A stretch of DNA of 64,000 bases from positions 480,001-544,000 of the forward strand of contig CAWBAT010000005.1 of assembly GCA_963786955.1 (NCBI GenBank). Reading direction: 5' to 3'. Of the stretch, positions 59,693-64,000 are shown piece by piece (the stretch's first letter is position 1; each line of letters starts with the position of its first letter). The notes below the pieces were generated by a model. That model saw nothing but the letters and a program-made list of their open reading frames with translations, was not told where the DNA came from and did not search any database. The position numbers were made by a program, and so were the translations under genes. This DNA is from an uncultured Acidimicrobiia bacterium (lineage in GTDB: Bacteria; Acidobacteriota; Terriglobia; Versatilivoradales; Versatilivoraceae).

Positions 59693-62110
59693 CTATTCTA
59701 GCTTCTTCCTCACCATTCCTCCAGCCGGAACGCTCAACTCCGCAACCACTCGTCCAGTCTTTCGTTCGACCAGTTTCCCCTGAACGGATTGGTCGGAGGC
59801 CACGAGCACTTCGTTCCCATTTGGGGTGGGAACGACCATCCAGAAAGCAATCTGCTCCGGTTGAAAGGAAAATTTTTGCTGGAGCGCATCCTGGACTTCG
59901 ACCTGGTTCCACGAGGTTTCAACTCGAACTGTAGTAAATAAGGTCTTAGTCTGGCGCTCCGCAAACAGCGACAGAGGTAGCCCGCGGTAAGGAAGATGAG
60001 AGACCGCAATCCAATTCCATCCTGTCGGCAAAGAGGGATTCACCTGCAAAATGTTGGGACGGGGAGAAATCCCCAGTAATCCTTCCACGGCAGCCCAGAT
60101 ATAAATTCCATGCAAGAAGGTGCTCCGCGGTTGTCCGACCTGCACTAGGTCGTCCCCATTGAAGTATTCGGGAAGTTCAGCAGGAACGACGTTATCGCGC
60201 GCCGGATCCTCTCGCTCGGTAAGGAGCCAAGTCCCTCGCAAAGCCTTTAGACTAAGATCCGGGAAGCCCTGATCAGCGGCGGCTTTTGCAACCCACAGAG
60301 CCAGATTCGGCCACACCCCACCCAATAGCCCGTAATTTTGAGGGGTCGCTTTGGCTTGATATCCCTTTTGAGCCGCGCTGACCGTCCGGATCCCTCCGGC
60401 TCCATCGCTGGCATTCACCCAAAATCGCTCGCTGAACAACTCGGCCAGGATGTGCTGAGAGGTTTCCGGTGCCGAAACCCCATACAGCACCGGGAAAAGG
60501 AGATCTCCAGTGACATCGTCAACGGGCTTGCCTGAAGGATCAATCGTTAAATAGTAATAAGGGTTCTGCTCGCTTTTAGAACGCAAATGTTTTTCGATTT
60601 CCTCCGCCAGGTCCGCGGCAGCTAACTCAAGGCGCTCCCGGTTCGGCTCATCACCCATGGCTTTGGCCAGTTCGGCGGTCATCTTCAAGGCGCGGGCACA
60701 CTCCGCATTAACTTCTGTGACTGCTCCCGAGAGCGTGTAATTCGGGATTGCATTTCGCCATCCACACAAACCACGAATGAAAGTTTCTGTCGAGGTGGAC
60801 CACACGAGCCCATAGCGGTTATTCTGTCCCGCCTTCCGTTGCTCCAAAATGTAATTGGCTGATTGGAGCAGCCTGGAATAAACCGTATGCAAGAAGCCCA
60901 GATCGCCCGTTACCGAGTAGTATTGGTGAGCCGCCATCAAGAAGAGAGGCGTGTTGTCGTTGATGTTGAGGCCATAGTCATCCTTGAAAAGCAGATTCCC
61001 CGAGGCCGTCAAGTATTCGGTAAACTTGCCGCTGACTTCCAACCCATAACGAAACCAGAAGTCAAACAGTTTACGAGACCAGGGCTGCGCATAATAACTG
61101 CTTCCGGCCAAGTACCAAACCGAATCTCGCCCCACGACAATGTCAGACGGAGGATTATTACTAAAGCCGTCACCCCACAGATACTCCTGCTGGTCGCGGA
61201 GTTGGTTGATTTTGGCCCATTGCACTCCCCGATTGATGACGGGATCCGGTGTCCAGAGATGGCAGGTCTCCAAATAACGGCGCATGGCTATGGTGGACTC
61301 TTCGAGCAATAGCTTGACCCGGCTGAGCGTACTCAGAGAAGTCCCGGCTTCCGCCGCATATACATCAAAAAGGGCATTCAAAGGATTCCCCCGGGCGGCT
61401 CCATATATTGAATAAGCAAAGGAAAGGGTGGCCTGCAGGCTGTTGGACGAAGCGCTCCAGTTGGAGTCAAATTCCAGCCGGATTTCCCGCTCTTTGGAAT
61501 CGGTAACAACCGGACTCACACGAAACGACGGGATATCCCCGGTCCCCCAGAAAGCCGCAATGGTCTTGTCCGGGTATGTGAGTTCGAGATACTTGTGCCC
61601 CTTATATTCCGCCTGGGCAACCTGGACAGAATGTAGCAAAAATACTTGTGAGTGGATAACCAGTGGTTCTTTAAGTCCCCCGCTTACTTCGAACAGAAAG
61701 TGAGCCGAGCGAAGATTATTATTCTCAAAAGGCAAAAAGAATTTCTTGCTCGCTAGCTGATCTTCTACCTTCAGCACCGATTCCTGGTAGACAGGAAGAA
61801 ATCGAGTGTGTGTGAATGGATAGGCCTTTCCTTCGACCGACTTCAAATTCACATCCCAACCGAGCAAATAATATTGTTGGTTGGTTGATTCCCGGAGGCC
61901 TTTCCGAACGGTTCCCCGCTCGTTGACCACGTCGGTCTTACCGTCTAACGTGGCGTACGTATTACGGTTCCCTAGAGAATGCCCCCATTTGAGGCGGTCC
62001 ACAGGGTAGTGATACCCCAGCCCTGACTTTAGGGTTTCTGCCTCAAGGCTTCCGATTCCCACCCAAAGCAAAGCAGTCACGGTAAATACAATCTTGTTCA
62101 ACGACATCAT
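59693..62110 (-). CDS. Exported (alpha/alpha)6-barrel glycoside hydrolase, amylo-alpha-1,6-glucosidase/GDE_C-like, family unassigned
   Basis: ATG at 62110 after GAGGAGG, signal peptide, GRDSVW, DNTPLF, YYSVTGDLGFL, TEVNA, GIRT, GGVWP, LPEYF and EGLLGISP...VNPSLP. Confidence 0.75.
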   Translation of the reverse strand: MMSLNKIVFTVTALLWVGIGSLEAETLKSGLGYHYPVDRLKWGHSLGNRNTYATLDGKTDVVNERGTVRKGLRESTNQQYYLLGWDVNLKSVEGKAYPFTHTRFLPVYQESVLKVEDQLASKKFFLPFENNNLRSAHFLFEVSGGLKEPLVIHSQVFLLHSVQVAQAEYKGHKYLELTYPDKTIAAFWGTGDIPSFRVSPVVTDSKEREIRLEFDSNWSASSNSLQATLSFAYSIYGAARGNPLNALFDVYAAEAGTSLSTLSRVKLLLEESTIAMRRYLETCHLWTPDPVINRGVQWAKINQLRDQQEYLWGDGFSNNPPSDIVVGRDSVWYLAGSSYYAQPWSRKLFDFWFRYGLEVSGKFTEYLTASGNLLFKDDYGLNINDNTPLFLMAAHQYYSVTGDLGFLHTVYSRLLQSANYILEQRKAGQNNRYGLVWSTSTETFIRGLCGWRNAIPNYTLSGAVTEVNAECARALKMTAELAKAMGDEPNRERLELAAADLAEEIEKHLRSKSEQNPYYYLTIDPSGKPVDDVTGDLLFPVLYGVSAPETSQHILAELFSERFWVNASDGAGGIRTVSAAQKGYQAKATPQNYGLLGGVWPNLALWVAKAAADQGFPDLSLKALRGTWLLTEREDPARDNVVPAELPEYFNGDDLVQVGQPRSTFLHGIYIWAAVEGLLGISPRPNILQVNPSLPTGWNWIAVSHLPYRGLPLSLFAERQTKTLFTTVRVETSWNQVEVQDALQQKFSFQPEQIAFWMVVPTPNGNEVLVASDQSVQGKLVERKTGRVVAELSVPAGGMVRKKLE

Positions 62111-62286
62111 AGACTCCTCCTCAGGTGTGAATGGGAATGGAAACGACTCCATCATCTCTTCTCTTCTTGCCAGTTCGGATACCCTGCCAGCCTGTCTCCG
62201 GGTAAACTTCCGGATTTCTGCGGTAGAGTTTTTTTCCAAAGAGGTTCGAATCAGAATGAGACAGCCGGTAAGGCTCCTTTGCCCAA

Positions 62287-62348
62287 TGAATAACGTTCAC
62301 ATTATTGCATGATCTTTAAAATTAGTTCATAGCGAGCTTTCCTGTCAA
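62287..62348 (-). promoter_or_regulatory. sigma70-type promoter with tandem TGAA-N5-TTCA boxes
   Basis: Minus-strand TTGACA (62348-43), 18-bp spacer, TAATTT (62324-19). Boxes at 62317-29 (one mismatch) and 62287-99 (perfect), 30 bp apart. Confidence 0.6.
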
Positions 62349-62526
62349 CAGCAAATGATCGATGGGAGAACGCGGAATTCCTGGATCTCTTCCCCCGATC
62401 CCTACGATCCCAATATGGATTGTGTCAGATTGAAGAGTCTCCGATCCTCCTTTACGGGCAAGACAGCCAGGATGACGGAACAAGGCTCTGCGGATGAAAA
62501 TCGTTTGGCCGTCTTTTTATTATTCT

Positions 62527-62693
62527 GTAATGCGTTAGTTACGGGGGGAAATCCGTAAGGGCAATGCCTTCGGTGACGATTTGAGATTGTCGCTTCTGTA
62601 GCGGCTGAGTGGGTAGGGACGGACCGCCAGGCCGTCCGCGGCGCGCTCGGCGAGCGCGCGCTACCAGAAATTCCCCGATAACTAACGCATTAC
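62527..62693. mobile_element. IS66-like MITE carrying a REP doublet
   Basis: Perfect TIR GTAATGCGTTAGTTA / TAACTAACGCATTAC, 8-bp target duplication ATTATTCT (62519-26 and 62694-701), and GTAG REP pair at 62613-62664. Confidence 0.88.
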
Positions 62694-62889
62694 ATTATTC
62701 TAACAATTCCGCTTGCTCCTCACCTTGGCTGGAATTAACATAAGAGACGAAGCAAAGCACACCACCTTTTGTGATTTAAATCGATCGTTCAACCATCCGC
62801 CTGCGAAGTCGCCCTTTCATCGAACGCTGAAGCGTGAGGAAATTCATCATCAGGGGTTCTTGTGTCGGATGTACCATTGAAGGGAGAAT

Positions 62890-63372
62890 ATGGATCGTAG
62901 ATCGTTTCATTTAGCCTTTATTTACGGGGCCTGGTCCGCCATCGCAACCATATTGGCGTTGCCAGCTGCTGTTTACCTATTGTGGCCCCCGGGGTCGAAA
63001 AAAGAGCTGGGGTGGGAGGACGCTTGCAGCCTGGCCCAGCTTGAACTGAAGACTCCCCAGGAGATTGTGTTCCGCCGGAATCGTATCGATGGCTGGAAAA
63101 TCGTCAGCGAAAAAGTTTCCGCCTGGGTCGTCAAGCTGTCTAACAAAGAGGTCATTGCATTTGGACCCCAATGCCCCCACCTGGGATGTGCCTACCATTG
63201 GGTTTCCCAAAAGCATGAATTCTTATGTCCCTGTCACACCTCCACTTTCTCGATCGATGGTGATGTATTGACCGGGCCATCCCCACGCCCTCTCGACCGA
63301 TATGAGACCAAAATCGAAGGGGACAAGCTTCTGTTGGGACCGGTGCGGAAATCGACGGAGTCGGGCGCATGA
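62890..63372 (+). CDS. qcrA: Rieske iron-sulfur subunit of a cytochrome bc complex
   Basis: MDRRSF Tat anchor, CPHLGC and CPCH boxes, GPSPRPL. Confidence 0.93.
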   Translation: MDRRSFHLAFIYGAWSAIATILALPAAVYLLWPPGSKKELGWEDACSLAQLELKTPQEIVFRRNRIDGWKIVSEKVSAWVVKLSNKEVIAFGPQCPHLGCAYHWVSQKHEFLCPCHTSTFSIDGDVLTGPSPRPLDRYETKIEGDKLLLGPVRKSTESGA

Positions 63373-64000
63373 AAAATTTCGCACAGCGATTGCTCGATTG
63401 GATCGAATATCGAACTGGGTTGGAAACAGCCATCAAGAATTTTCTCTATGAAGAGATCCCCGCTTCCAGCGGATGGCACCAGGTCTTCGGCAGTGTAGCT
63501 GTTTTCCTCTTTCTCGTGCAGGCGTTCAGCGGGCTGCTCCTCGCCTTCAATTACGCTCCCACGCCTGGAGACGCTTATAACAGCGTCCGATACATTGTCA
63601 CCACGCTGACCGGAGGAGCGTTGATCCGCGGCCTTCACCATTGGGGGGCCAGCATGATGATTGTGGTGGTCGTGTTGCACATGATCCAAGTGTTTATTTA
63701 CGGTGCCTATAAGAAGCCCCGTGAAGCAACCTGGATGATCGGCGTGATCTTATTCCTCATCACGCTGGCTTTTGGTCTAACGGGATACCTCCTGCCGTGG
63801 GATAACCGGGGGTATTGGGGTACGATCGTGGCCACCCAGCTGGCAAGCAAAACTCCCTTGATTGGGCCCTACCTGACTCGCCTTCTCGGCGGTGAGGGAA
63901 GTATCGGCGTCGTGACATTCGCTCGCTTTTTCGCTCTTCATGTTTTGCTATTGCCTCCTCTGGCCACCTCGTTGATTGCGCTGCATGTCTTTCTTGTTCG
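63369..64000 (+). CDS. qcrB: Cytochrome b/b6 subunit (runs off window end; absent from ORF track)
   Basis: ATGA overlap. Translation includes SGLLLAFNY, IRGLHHWGAS, LHMIQV, YKKPREATW, GYLLPWD and RFFALH. Confidence 0.93.
   Translation, partial: MKNFAQRLLDWIEYRTGLETAIKNFLYEEIPASSGWHQVFGSVAVFLFLVQAFSGLLLAFNYAPTPGDAYNSVRYIVTTLTGGALIRGLHHWGASMMIVVVVLHMIQVFIYGAYKKPREATWMIGVILFLITLAFGLTGYLLPWDNRGYWGTIVATQLASKTPLIGPYLTRLLGGEGSIGVVTFARFFALHVLLLPPLATSLIALHVFLV

Noticed and set aside
62111-62239. Extended N-terminus of the hydrolase
   Set aside because: GAGGAGG precedes ATG at 62110, which begins a clean signal peptide.

Overview
About 52% GC bacterial chromosome, most likely Acidobacteriota (inferred from Oar-type TonB-dependent receptors with N-terminal carboxypeptidase-regulatory-like domains, runs of secreted TPR proteins and an IclR-HTH/sugar-binding hybrid regulator). 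Nearly the whole window is a carbohydrate-utilisation region. It holds two TonB-dependent receptors without SusD partners, five TPR proteins, GH42, an atypical GH2, four divergent GH38-like enzymes, two unclassified (alpha/alpha)6-barrel hydrolases and two paralogs of an unknown ~720-aa exported protein. It also holds a DUF1549/DUF1553 cytochrome c plus DUF1501 pair, a RhaT-like symporter, lactonase, SDR, Tat-exported isomerase-like protein, bicupin and CocE/NonD hydrolase, and ends in a Rieske/cytochrome b operon. Features not in the ORF track: (i) a palindrome TGAA-N5-TTCA, in pairs 30-31 bp apart at three TTGACA promoters, which would link distant operons into one regulon; (ii) three different IS-derived MITE shells, each carrying a REP doublet; (iii) a decayed copy of the GH42 3' end that brackets the TBDR-TPR cassette; (iv) heptamer arrays and many REP classes; (v) two +1 G frameshifts; (vi) a candidate 56-aa membrane protein. 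No rRNA, tRNA, CRISPR array or intact transposase was seen. All family calls come from motif recognition by eye, not database searches.
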